Assembly: GCA_023430885.1 (NCBI GenBank)
Contig: JAEYYH010000032.1
Location: forward strand, 19,279 to 83,278
Direction: 5' to 3'
DNA length: 64,000 bases
Origin: Bacillota bacterium
Lineage (GTDB): Bacteria; Bacillota_I; Bacilli_A; RF39; UBA660
Part shown: positions 17,931 to 27,807 of the stretch, in pieces
How the letters are laid out: each line of letters opens with the position of its first letter
How positions within the stretch are numbered: the first letter of the stretch is position 1
Program-made: the position numbers and the translations under genes
Notes under the pieces: generated by a model
The model's input: only the letters and a program-made list of their open reading frames with translations
What the model was told of the DNA's origin: nothing
Databases searched by the model: none

Positions 17931-19316
17931 TTATTTTTTCACAATTCTTTTTTCGACAAGTTTATTCCCTACAAATATAATTGTCAAACATAATAATATT
18001 AGAGATATATTAGATGATTGATTATTTATTTTAGACTCTTCTTTAAGTTCTTGTCTTTCTTCCAAAATTTTGATTTTTGTTTTGTAATTATTTACTTCTT
18101 CTTTTAATCTATTTATTTCATTAGTACTATCAATTATATTTTCTTTTATCTCCAAGTTCTTTTGATTAACACTATAATTTGCTGTCTCAGAAGCATCTAG
18201 TAAATAATCGACATATTGTTCTTGTAATTTTAAAGCATCTAAATAATTTTGTTTAATATCAACTTTTACATTAGTTGATATTGTTTTAAAAGGAAGTATA
18301 AAATTAATATCATAAATTCCATTAACATTAAGATTCAAATTACTTGTTATTTTTATATCTTTTAAAGTACTTTCCAAAATAAAATCATTTAGATTAACAT
18401 CTTTATTTTCTATAGTCATATCGTCATTTAATACTACTTTATCGCGAATTTTATATCGGTAATATGTTTTATAATCATTATAATCTATCTTATAACTAGT
18501 ACTTGCTTCATCAACATATAAATCTAAATATTCCTTTGTAATTATTTTATATTCATATTTGATAAAAATATTGCGATATATAGGATCTTCATTTACTATT
18601 TTGCCATTAACATTTTCATCACAATATGATTTAGTAGTACTATTTAAAAGCAGTTCATCAACATTACTAAAGTCTCCTATTGCCAAATCTATGTTGTTAT
18701 TATCACTATTATCTTCCACAGTTTTTACAAGAATTTTATCACCAAATGGATTGTTTTCATTATTCATAGATAAAGTGAGTTTTACATCTTTGGCACTTTG
18801 TTTATCAATAGATATATATATTTTTAAATTAGCTAAATTATATTCTTCGTCAATATAAAAAATAAATGTATCATTACTATACATATAAAAATCGTCATTG
18901 TTCATTAATACCTTTTCATTTTTTAAATCGTAAACTTTAATGGATTCAATATGTATATTTTTACTCAAATTTTTCAAATAAAAATACTTTAATTCTTTAA
19001 AAGGTTTGTATGTGTAAGAAGTACATTCTTCTATTTCAGCATTTAAATCTAATAAATTTATATTTGTATTCCAATTTGAATATCTAATAGAATAATTACC
19101 TGTTTTTTCATATAAAGAATCTTCTAAATATTCATAACTTATTTTATCTGTATATGCATGATAAAAATTTTTGCTTTCAACTTTTAAAATATCACTTGAG
19201 TTAATTTTTCCCTCACTATAATCTGTATAATCACCGTACTCACTATAATAAGTTTTAGCGTGTACTGGTTTAACACATATCCATAGCACCAGAAAAAAAA
19301 CAAAGAATTTTTTCAC
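17931..19316 (-). CDS. secreted protein with signal peptide, C-terminal coiled coil and C-terminal TM anchor
   Basis: 461 aa; N-terminal signal (MKKFFVFFLVLWICVKPVHA), Asn/Tyr-rich body, heptad-like KE-rich segment, final hydrophobic stretch. Confidence 0.4.
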   Translation of the reverse strand: MKKFFVFFLVLWICVKPVHAKTYYSEYGDYTDYSEGKINSSDILKVESKNFYHAYTDKISYEYLEDSLYEKTGNYSIRYSNWNTNINLLDLNAEIEECTSYTYKPFKELKYFYLKNLSKNIHIESIKVYDLKNEKVLMNNDDFYMYSNDTFIFYIDEEYNLANLKIYISIDKQSAKDVKLTLSMNNENNPFGDKILVKTVEDNSDNNNIDLAIGDFSNVDELLLNSTTKSYCDENVNGKIVNEDPIYRNIFIKYEYKIITKEYLDLYVDEASTSYKIDYNDYKTYYRYKIRDKVVLNDDMTIENKDVNLNDFILESTLKDIKITSNLNLNVNGIYDINFILPFKTISTNVKVDIKQNYLDALKLQEQYVDYLLDASETANYSVNQKNLEIKENIIDSTNEINRLKEEVNNYKTKIKILEERQELKEESKINNQSSNISLILLCLTIIFVGNKLVEKRIVKK

Positions 19317-19443
19317 TTATTTCACCTCCTCATTTATATACTATAAGAAGGTAGAGTCATTTCCTTTTTAGATTAGCATTTATTTAGATAAAACAATCAA
19401 TTAAAACATCTTAATAAAAAAATGCGCATAATGCACATTCTTT

Positions 19444-21153
19444 TTATGATCCAGTAATAGCTAAAGTTACACGAAATGCATAATCTGCTGCTACTCCAGA
19501 TGAACCACTAAATGTAAAAATTCCTGCTCCTGCCCCTGCAGACCAATTACCACTTCTAATTACCCAAGGAAATCCATTATATGCAAAATGAGCATAATCA
19601 TGATACCAGGAACTCTCATATCTACTTGTTGCATCTGTATCAATTGTACTTTGAGCAAAACTTCCCATTTCTTTAGTTGCATCTCCTAAAGAACCTCTTG
19701 AATATGCGGTTATATCTTTCCAAGTTGTTCCATAATCATATAAATCAAAGTACTTACTTATAGGAAAAGCAATTCCTGTTGTAAGAGAGCCAGTAGTACC
19801 GTATAGACCATTAAAGCCTGAATTACTTGCATCACTATTTCCTGATAATGGAGCATTTGTTCCGGTGCTATCTTGAACTACTCCCATTACATACTCCCAA
19901 GCTCCACCAGCCATATCATATATTCCAGTAATATTACCTGTTGTACTAGCTATATATCCATTAGCTGTGTTATAAGCATTTTCACATCCGGCATAACCAG
20001 CTGTTGTTGATGATGTTGCAGGCTCAGTACTAGCTGCGCATCCTGTAATATAGTCACTACTATTATTGTAACGCATATTACTGTTTAGTCCATATATTGA
20101 ATGAGAAAGATACGCTACTGCACCCCACTCTATATTTTTCATAAGATGAGTATCAACTTTACTAGCTTCAATTCCATAAATATTACCATTACTTTCCATA
20201 TCTCTTATAGTTGTAAATATTTCTGATACATTCATATTTCTTAAACTTGCTATGTTTGGTTTAATTGTAGTTGTTGCTATATTCCCAGTAGTTTCAAATT
20301 TTCCTGCCCAAAATCCATTTAAATCTTCAGTACCAAATTTAAATGCTGGGTGTGTCAAATACTGACCAGTAGTAGTACCTGTTGATGTAGTAGTATTCTT
20401 ATTTTCAAATACAATATTAATTGTTTTAATATTACTGCTATTGGTTGCTGTTACATCAATATTTGTTCCATCATTAAATAATTCATATCGGTATCTAGGA
20501 ATCCATACCAAATAAGTTAATATATCATTTTCTGTAATTGTAGTACCACTTTTATAAGTTCCATCACCATTTATATAATTACTTCTGCTAGAAGATGTCA
20601 CAGTTACAGCATTAGCCCATCTCTTACTTGAATAGCTGTACCAGTTAGAATATATATCCGCTAGTGCTACAGTTCCGTCATCAGATATTAACACCGGTAT
20701 CATTCCTGTTTCTAGTTCTGGATCAGTGCCATTTAAAGTAGTATCTTTGTAAACAACAGGCGTTACTACCGAACCTTCTACTACTGTTATTTTATCTTCA
20801 GCAAATGTCTTAGTCGCAGTAAAAGTTCCATTAGTTAAATTTGCGGCTGTTTTACAATTACTATCGACATTTATTGTACCAGTAGTTGGCAATTTTCCCT
20901 TAACATTAAGTGAAGGAGATATATTTCCATCAGTAAATGTGTATGTTGTTGTAAGTTCTTCTTCTCTTAATAATTCTAGTTCACAAGCATTTTCAGCTGC
21001 TGTTAAAACATTTTCAACTGTTGTTGTAAATGCCCCTTTTTTACTAGTTTTAATAATATTATTCACAACGGGAACTGCTATTAGGGCAATTATTCCTAAT
21101 ATTAATATTACTGCTAATAATTCTATTAAAGTAAAACCTTTTTCTTTTATCAT
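19444..21153 (-). CDS. prepilin-type N-terminal domain protein with C-terminal FGE-sulfatase (SUMF1)-like domain
   Basis: MIKEKGFTLIELLAVILILGIIALIAVPVV prepilin motif; first ~125 aa paralogous to 4289..4669; C-terminal region contains GIYDMAGGAWEYVMG resembling the FGE-sulfatase signature G(L)(Y/F)DM(x)GNVWEW, and a terminal Gly/Ser/Ala-rich tail. Confidence 0.55.
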   Translation of the reverse strand: MIKEKGFTLIELLAVILILGIIALIAVPVVNNIIKTSKKGAFTTTVENVLTAAENACELELLREEELTTTYTFTDGNISPSLNVKGKLPTTGTINVDSNCKTAANLTNGTFTATKTFAEDKITVVEGSVVTPVVYKDTTLNGTDPELETGMIPVLISDDGTVALADIYSNWYSYSSKRWANAVTVTSSSRSNYINGDGTYKSGTTITENDILTYLVWIPRYRYELFNDGTNIDVTATNSSNIKTINIVFENKNTTTSTGTTTGQYLTHPAFKFGTEDLNGFWAGKFETTGNIATTTIKPNIASLRNMNVSEIFTTIRDMESNGNIYGIEASKVDTHLMKNIEWGAVAYLSHSIYGLNSNMRYNNSSDYITGCAASTEPATSSTTAGYAGCENAYNTANGYIASTTGNITGIYDMAGGAWEYVMGVVQDSTGTNAPLSGNSDASNSGFNGLYGTTGSLTTGIAFPISKYFDLYDYGTTWKDITAYSRGSLGDATKEMGSFAQSTIDTDATSRYESSWYHDYAHFAYNGFPWVIRSGNWSAGAGAGIFTFSGSSGVAADYAFRVTLAITGS

Positions 21154-21208
21154 AATTATGCATCCCTTTTTATTAAGTCTATTTTACATATTGACAATAA
21201 TAAGAAAA

Positions 21209-23530
21209 TTATACATAAGTATAATTTTCTATTGATTTTATATTTACTTTATTATTACCATCTATTACTTCGCTAATTATAATACTTTCAAAAACATCAC
21301 GTATTATTTTATCTATTTTACGGGCACCATACTCTTTGTAATTAGATTTACTTATTATCTCATCTATTACTTTTTTATCGTAATTAACTTTAATATCTTT
21401 TTTAAGATATTTTTCTTTTATTTTTTGTAGTTTTTCAGTAATTATTTTATTTATAGCCTTTATATCTAAATAATTAAAAGATATTGTGTCATCTATACGA
21501 TTAATAAAGGATGTTGAAAATGATTCTTTTTGTTTTGTTAATAAATTATTTTCATCTTTTATAAAGCCAATTGGGTTATTTTCAAATCCTACATTAGTAG
21601 TCATTATAATAATTACATTATTAAAAAATATCTCACGTCCAGTAGAATCCTTAATTTTACTATCTTCAAGTATCTGAAAGAAAAGGTTTAATACATCATG
21701 ATGGGCTTTTTCTATTTCATCTAGTATTAGAACAGTATTAGGCTTATTTCTTATATCATCTAGTATGTTATGATTATCACTATAACCAACATAACCAGGA
21801 GGAGCTCCTACTATTTTACTTATAGAATGTGGTTCCCTATACTCACTCATATCAAGTTTAACTACGTTCTTTTTACCAACCATATATTCTCCAAATAATG
21901 TAGCCAGGTATGTTTTTCCCACACCAGAAGGTCCTGAAAATAAGAATGAATAGCATTTATTGTCTTCCTTCAAGCCTAATTTAATTCTTTTGCCTATTCT
22001 TACAATTTGATTAATCGCATACTGCTGTCCAATAATATTTTCTTTTAGTTTTGATTCTAGTTTATTAATACTTTTGGTATCAGTAGATATAATTTCATAT
22101 ACTGGCACTTTAGTACGAGTTGAAATGACTTTGGCAACATCTTCTTTGTTTACTTTATTTAGTGTCTTTTTCTTATTTAGTTTTAATTCTGTTAAATTTA
22201 TCTTATTTTGGATTAAATTTTCTTTATTTTTAAGTTCCTTCGCTGATACATAATCATCATCTAAAATGCTTCTTCTTTTGTCTAATTTAACTGTTTCAAC
22301 TTCTAGTAATAAGTCGTTATATTCTTTAAGCAATTTATTTTCTTTTAAACTAGCCTTAGCACAAACTTCGTCAAGTATATCAATTGCTTTATCTGGTTGC
22401 TTTCGATCGTAAATGTATTTCTCTGATAACTCAATTATAAGATCTATTATTTCATCACTTAATCTAACCATATGATAATTCTCATATATTGGTTTTAATT
22501 TTAGTAATATCTTTTTTGTATCCTCTTTACTTGGAGACTCTATAAATACTTTTTGAAATCTTCGCTCTAAGGCAGCATCATTTTCAATATATTTTTTATA
22601 TTCTTCAGTAGTAGTTGCTCCAATACATTTTAATTTATTTCTAGCTAGAGATGGTTTAAATATGTTTGATGCATCTATGGCTCCTTCAGCACCGCCGGCG
22701 CCTACTAAAGTATGAATTTCATCTATAAAAAGAATTATTTCCTCATTATCCTCTACTTCTTTTAATATTTTTTTTAGACGTTCTTCAAATTCGCCACGAT
22801 ATTTTGTTCCTGCTACAGTACTTGCCATATCGACACTTATAATTCTTTTATTTTTAAGACTATTTGGTACTTGCTTATTTACTATACGTTTGCTAAGTTC
22901 CTCTACTATAGCTGTTTTTCCTACTCCAGCATCTCCAATTAATAATGGATTATTCTTTGTCCTACGCATAAGAATTTCAATAACCCTATTTATTTCTTCT
23001 TCTCTACCTATTACTGGATCTAATTCGTTATTTGAAGCCTTTTTATTTAAATCGATTCCTATTTCTTCTAGTAAAAGTTTTTTACTCTTTTTCTTTTTAT
23101 CTACTTTATTTGTGTAAAATTCCTTATATAAACTATCTATATCAACTTCCATTGATAAAAGTATCCTTATTGCAATACCTTCACCCTCATCTAGTAAGTT
23201 TAAAAATAAGTGTTCTATCATAACTTCACTATTTGAATCTTTACTATCAACAATAGAGTTTTCAATAATTCTTCTAAGCATAGGTGTATATAAGAACCAT
23301 TCACTTTGCTTGCTACCTACTCCTATAATACTTATTATCTCTTTTTTAACTTTTTCATAGTCTATATCAAATTCTGTCAGTTTTTTGCTAACATTATTTT
23401 TTCCCTTTAGTATAGCAAGTAAAAGATGTTCACTTCCTATATAGGGATGCTTTAAATTACTCATCTCTTCTTTGGCAGTTACTATAACTATTCTTGCTTC
23501 TTCTGAAAAGTTACCAAACATAATAATCAT
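21209..23530 (-). CDS. ClpC/ClpE-like class III AAA+ chaperone (two nucleotide-binding domains)
   Basis: 773 aa; Clp N-domain repeat at N-terminus, Walker A GDAGVGKTAIVE and second GPSGVGKTYLA, coiled-coil middle domain. Confidence 0.85.
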   Translation of the reverse strand: MIIMFGNFSEEARIVIVTAKEEMSNLKHPYIGSEHLLLAILKGKNNVSKKLTEFDIDYEKVKKEIISIIGVGSKQSEWFLYTPMLRRIIENSIVDSKDSNSEVMIEHLFLNLLDEGEGIAIRILLSMEVDIDSLYKEFYTNKVDKKKKSKKLLLEEIGIDLNKKASNNELDPVIGREEEINRVIEILMRRTKNNPLLIGDAGVGKTAIVEELSKRIVNKQVPNSLKNKRIISVDMASTVAGTKYRGEFEERLKKILKEVEDNEEIILFIDEIHTLVGAGGAEGAIDASNIFKPSLARNKLKCIGATTTEEYKKYIENDAALERRFQKVFIESPSKEDTKKILLKLKPIYENYHMVRLSDEIIDLIIELSEKYIYDRKQPDKAIDILDEVCAKASLKENKLLKEYNDLLLEVETVKLDKRRSILDDDYVSAKELKNKENLIQNKINLTELKLNKKKTLNKVNKEDVAKVISTRTKVPVYEIISTDTKSINKLESKLKENIIGQQYAINQIVRIGKRIKLGLKEDNKCYSFLFSGPSGVGKTYLATLFGEYMVGKKNVVKLDMSEYREPHSISKIVGAPPGYVGYSDNHNILDDIRNKPNTVLILDEIEKAHHDVLNLFFQILEDSKIKDSTGREIFFNNVIIIMTTNVGFENNPIGFIKDENNLLTKQKESFSTSFINRIDDTISFNYLDIKAINKIITEKLQKIKEKYLKKDIKVNYDKKVIDEIISKSNYKEYGARKIDKIIRDVFESIIISEVIDGNNKVNIKSIENYTYV

Positions 23531-23605
23531 CTCCTCTATAATATTCTATGACTATTATGATAAATATTTTGTCTTTTAAACACATGAAACAAAAAAAAGA
23601 AGTAA

Positions 23606-25873
23606 TTAATTTTTACTTCCCTTTTTTATCTCTTTATATGTAACTATTCCAATTAAAACTAAACCTATTAATAATAAGTATGACCAAAGTGGTATAACTT
23701 CCCATAAATTCCTTAATTGATATAGTATATTTATAATTGTAAAACAAATTCCAGTCACAAATAAACTTCTATAATCATCGTTTATTAAGCCAATTAGTAT
23801 TAGTACTAGTGATACTATTGCTGCATATAAACCAATTAGTGCACTACCATTAAATATAATCATTAAAAGTACTGCTATAGATACTGTTGTTGCTAATAAA
23901 TTTGCTTTCTTTATATCCTTTATAACATTCTTACATGTTATAAAAGTTATATAAAAAATTAATGTAGATGTTAACATAGTTACAAAGTCTTGATCTTTTA
24001 TAATATTATCTATTAAGTTAAAGACAGGTATAGTAACAGCATAACCAGTTATTACATATGAAAGTTTATCTTTTCTAGTAAATATCATTATTGCAATAAA
24101 TGATAAAAGTACTATTAACGAAAGATAAGCTTCACCATATGAAAACATATCCTTATTAAATGTTAGATAAATAACTGTAAGCATAAACATTAATAATGGT
24201 GTTTTTACTTGTTTTAATATACTTGTTTTTGATTTTACTGAATAGAAATAAGCAAATATTGATGCAGACATGATAACTATTCCAGGGAATAACTCTCCAT
24301 CATTATAATTTGTAAAAGCTGCTAGGAACAGAATTATTAAAGTAATAATTATATTTTCTTCATGCAATTTTGTTTTCTTTGAAAAATGTGCCATTAAACC
24401 ATATATTAAAAAGGCAGTTACCATAATTTGAACTCTTGTTAAATTACATATGCATAAACCAATAGCTAATATAATTGGAGCAACTTTTATTGGTGTTAAA
24501 TAATACTCATATCTTAATTTATCATCTTTTTTCATAAGCATCTGATAAATGATAGATGTCATTATTATTATTAGAGCGCATCCAAATATTGTATAAATAT
24601 CTGGCATTTCTAAAGATGTATACGCAATATTTGGTACATAAGACATCTCTAAGTTAATTACAAATGATAGAAGCATTAAAGCGTTAGCTATTATAATGAA
24701 TGTTTTAGCAAATTCTTTATGTTTTATTAAGAATTTTGTATACATAAGTACACTGTATAAAACAGCAATTGTTGCTATGACTGTTATAACAGTAACATAG
24801 AAAGCACAATCAAGGGCATAACTTCCGACTAAAATCACTAAATTTATTAGTAAGCCATTTGATAAATCAAATTTATCATATTCTTTCTTACTGACAATAA
24901 ATAATATTGCTGCTACCATTACTAAACCGTTTAAAGAAATAAAAATATTATTCATATCCATAAAACTTAGTAAAGTAAGCATACCTATAATATAAGTCGC
25001 AATTATTGAAAAACTCTTTAGACTTCTAAATAACTTTGTGTTTCCTAATGATACATTATTTAAAACTAATAAAACTACATTTATTATTAATAAATTCATT
25101 CCAATATTCAATTTAAAATAATTAAGAAGGAAAATAACACCTAAAGCCATTAATAAATATGTTGGTGTTAGCAAACTATTATTTTCATATTTTTTATATG
25201 AAATATATAGTAAGAAGGCTCCTATAAATGCATTTGATGCATAATATAAACTTTCTCCTGCTCCGCCTATTGATAAATAATCACCAAATAAACCAAAATA
25301 ACCAATTGAATAATAAGAAAACCATATAAAACACATACCTAATAAGTAGTAGACTACTGAAGATTTTTTTAAACCAAATGTTTCTCCTGTTAAGTATGCA
25401 AGTCCAAAAAATAGTATTCCACCAAACACTAAAAATAAAGTTTTAGCTAAATCTGGCATACCGCTCCAAGATGTTGTTGCAAATATAAAACCTGCTAGTG
25501 CCACCATGAATACACCTAACTTTAATAAAATATCTAATTTTCTTTTTTCTGGATCTAATTGTTCTTTAATAATTTTTGGTTCTGGAGAACCTCTATAATT
25601 ATTAGAACTAAGCAAGTTTATTTTATCAACGGTTAATAATAGTACTACTGCTGATATTGGATTAGCAAATAACAATAGTACTCCTATTAATATTAATAAA
25701 GATTTACTTCTTTTAATCTCTTGATCTGATTTGCTAGCTAAGTTATATAAATATAAACCTGTAACTAATAATAATACAATTCTAAGAAGACCAAAACCTA
25801 TAAAATTATATAATACACTTAACATTATAAATATAAAATTCATTATTGCGCAAAACTTAAATTTATCTCGCAT
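23606..25873 (-). CDS. large polytopic membrane protein of unknown function
   Basis: 755 aa with about 20 hydrophobic segments; no recognisable catalytic motif. Confidence 0.45.
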   Translation of the reverse strand: MRDKFKFCAIMNFIFIMLSVLYNFIGFGLLRIVLLLVTGLYLYNLASKSDQEIKRSKSLLILIGVLLLFANPISAVVLLLTVDKINLLSSNNYRGSPEPKIIKEQLDPEKRKLDILLKLGVFMVALAGFIFATTSWSGMPDLAKTLFLVFGGILFFGLAYLTGETFGLKKSSVVYYLLGMCFIWFSYYSIGYFGLFGDYLSIGGAGESLYYASNAFIGAFLLYISYKKYENNSLLTPTYLLMALGVIFLLNYFKLNIGMNLLIINVVLLVLNNVSLGNTKLFRSLKSFSIIATYIIGMLTLLSFMDMNNIFISLNGLVMVAAILFIVSKKEYDKFDLSNGLLINLVILVGSYALDCAFYVTVITVIATIAVLYSVLMYTKFLIKHKEFAKTFIIIANALMLLSFVINLEMSYVPNIAYTSLEMPDIYTIFGCALIIIMTSIIYQMLMKKDDKLRYEYYLTPIKVAPIILAIGLCICNLTRVQIMVTAFLIYGLMAHFSKKTKLHEENIIITLIILFLAAFTNYNDGELFPGIVIMSASIFAYFYSVKSKTSILKQVKTPLLMFMLTVIYLTFNKDMFSYGEAYLSLIVLLSFIAIMIFTRKDKLSYVITGYAVTIPVFNLIDNIIKDQDFVTMLTSTLIFYITFITCKNVIKDIKKANLLATTVSIAVLLMIIFNGSALIGLYAAIVSLVLILIGLINDDYRSLFVTGICFTIINILYQLRNLWEVIPLWSYLLLIGLVLIGIVTYKEIKKGSKN

Positions 25874-25935
25874 ATATTCCCTACTTTCTTTATAATAATT
25901 ATATCACTATATAGAAAAAAATATAAGATATTATC

Positions 25936-27807
25936 TTATATTTCTGTTTCTTCAAATTGAGAATTATATAGGTTTGCGTAGAATCCACCTTTATTAAGAA
26001 GTTCATTATGTGTTCCAGTTTCTACTATGTCACCTTTATCCATTACTAATATTAAATCTGCATTTTTAATTGTTGATAAACGATGTGCTATTATGAAACT
26101 AGTTCTACCTTCCATAAGTTTATCCATTGCTTTTTGAATTAGTATTTCTGTTCTTGTATCTACACTACTAGTAGCTTCGTCTAAAATAAGTATTTTAGGA
26201 TCAGCTAATATAACTCTAGCAATTGTAAGAAGTTGTTTTTGACCTTGTGATATATTATCACTTTCTTCATTTAAAATCATGTCGTAAGTGTCAGGAAGTG
26301 TTTTTATAAAATGATGAACACTTGCTGCACGGCATGCTTCTTTAACTTCTTCAAGACTAGCATCTAACTTACCATATCTAATATTATCCGCTATAGTACC
26401 ACTATAAAGCCATGTATCTTGTAAAACCATACCAAACTGACTTCTTAGTTCACCACGCTTATATTCTCTTATATCATGGCCATCTACAAGAATTTGACCA
26501 CTATTAATGTCATAAAATCTCATAAGTAATTTTACCATAGTAGTTTTACCAGCACCTGTTGGTCCTACTATTGCTATTTTTTGACCAGATTTTACTTTAG
26601 CGTTGAAATCATTAATAATTGTTTGATTTTCATTATAACCAAAGTTAACATCTTTAAATTCTATATTACCTTTTACTTTTTCGGTAGATACAGCATCTTT
26701 TACATCTTTAATTTCTTCCTCTTCTTCTAAGAATTCAAAAACTCTTTCAGCTGCTGCTACTGTAGATTGTAACATACTTGATATTTGAGCCAACTGTGCT
26801 ATAGGTTGATTAAAGTTTCTTACATATTGTGTAAATGAAACAATATTACCTACAGTAATTTTTCCTTTAACAGCAAGATAACCACCTAATATAGATACCA
26901 TAACATAACTTATATTACCTACAAAGCTCATTAAAGGCCACATAATACCAGATAGGAACTGACTTTTCCAAGCTGAATCAAATAACTTAGTATTTGATTT
27001 ATTAAAGTCCTCTAAAGCTTTTTCTTCACCATTGAAAGCTTTTACTACATCATGTCCACCATATACTTCTTCAACAATACCATTAACATTACCTAAATAT
27101 TCTTGTTGTTCTTTAAAGTATTTTTGAGATTTAGATACTATAAATATAACTCCACCAAGTGACAATGGCAAGATTAGTAAAGTTGCTATTGTCATAGAAC
27201 CACTTATCTTTATCATCATTACAAGTACACCTATAATAGTTGCAACACTCGTAATTATTTGACTTAAACTTTGAGATAAATTTTGTGATAAAGTATCTAC
27301 ATCATTAGTTACTCTTGATAAAATTTCACCATGTGTTTTCTTATCAAAATATCTCATTGGTAATTTATTTATTTTTTTACTTAAATCTTTTCTTAATTCA
27401 TATGATACTTTACAAGAAATAGAATTCATTATAAATCCTTGAATATAAGAGAAGATTGCACTTAGGACATATAAACCTAGTAATAACAATAAAGTCTTAT
27501 TTATAATACTAAAGTTCATTTCACCAGTACCACTTACTTTTGCTATTAAACCAGTGTATATTTCAGTAACTACATCACCTAATATATCAGGTCCTAGTAT
27601 TGAAAAAATAGTACTTAATATGGCAAATACAACAACTACTATTATACCTATTTTATATTTTTTCATATAATTAACAAGTTTTTTAAAAGAACCTTTAAAG
27701 TTTTTAGGCTTCTCTACAACTGCTTGCATACCACCCATTGGGCCGCCGCCCATTGGACCATTTTTACGTTTACTTTTTTCATTAGACATTAGATAATTCC
27801 TCCTCAC
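25936..27807 (-). CDS. ABC transporter permease/ATP-binding fused protein (exporter type)
   Basis: 623 aa; six-TM domain then Walker A GPTGAGKTT, LSGGQKQ signature, Walker B ILILDEATS. Confidence 0.85.
   Translation of the reverse strand: MRRNYLMSNEKSKRKNGPMGGGPMGGMQAVVEKPKNFKGSFKKLVNYMKKYKIGIIVVVVFAILSTIFSILGPDILGDVVTEIYTGLIAKVSGTGEMNFSIINKTLLLLLGLYVLSAIFSYIQGFIMNSISCKVSYELRKDLSKKINKLPMRYFDKKTHGEILSRVTNDVDTLSQNLSQSLSQIITSVATIIGVLVMMIKISGSMTIATLLILPLSLGGVIFIVSKSQKYFKEQQEYLGNVNGIVEEVYGGHDVVKAFNGEEKALEDFNKSNTKLFDSAWKSQFLSGIMWPLMSFVGNISYVMVSILGGYLAVKGKITVGNIVSFTQYVRNFNQPIAQLAQISSMLQSTVAAAERVFEFLEEEEEIKDVKDAVSTEKVKGNIEFKDVNFGYNENQTIINDFNAKVKSGQKIAIVGPTGAGKTTMVKLLMRFYDINSGQILVDGHDIREYKRGELRSQFGMVLQDTWLYSGTIADNIRYGKLDASLEEVKEACRAASVHHFIKTLPDTYDMILNEESDNISQGQKQLLTIARVILADPKILILDEATSSVDTRTEILIQKAMDKLMEGRTSFIIAHRLSTIKNADLILVMDKGDIVETGTHNELLNKGGFYANLYNSQFEETEI

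Noticed and set aside
21190-21235. Plus-strand TTGACA ... TATAAT pair near clpC/pilin junction
   Set aside because: Spacer is 23 nt and it would read antisense into clpC. The pilin gene is on the minus strand.
21209-23530. Calling the Clp ATPase specifically clpC with adjacent clpP
   Set aside because: No clpP or mcsA/mcsB/ctsR neighbours in the window. Assignment kept at ClpC/ClpE-like family level.
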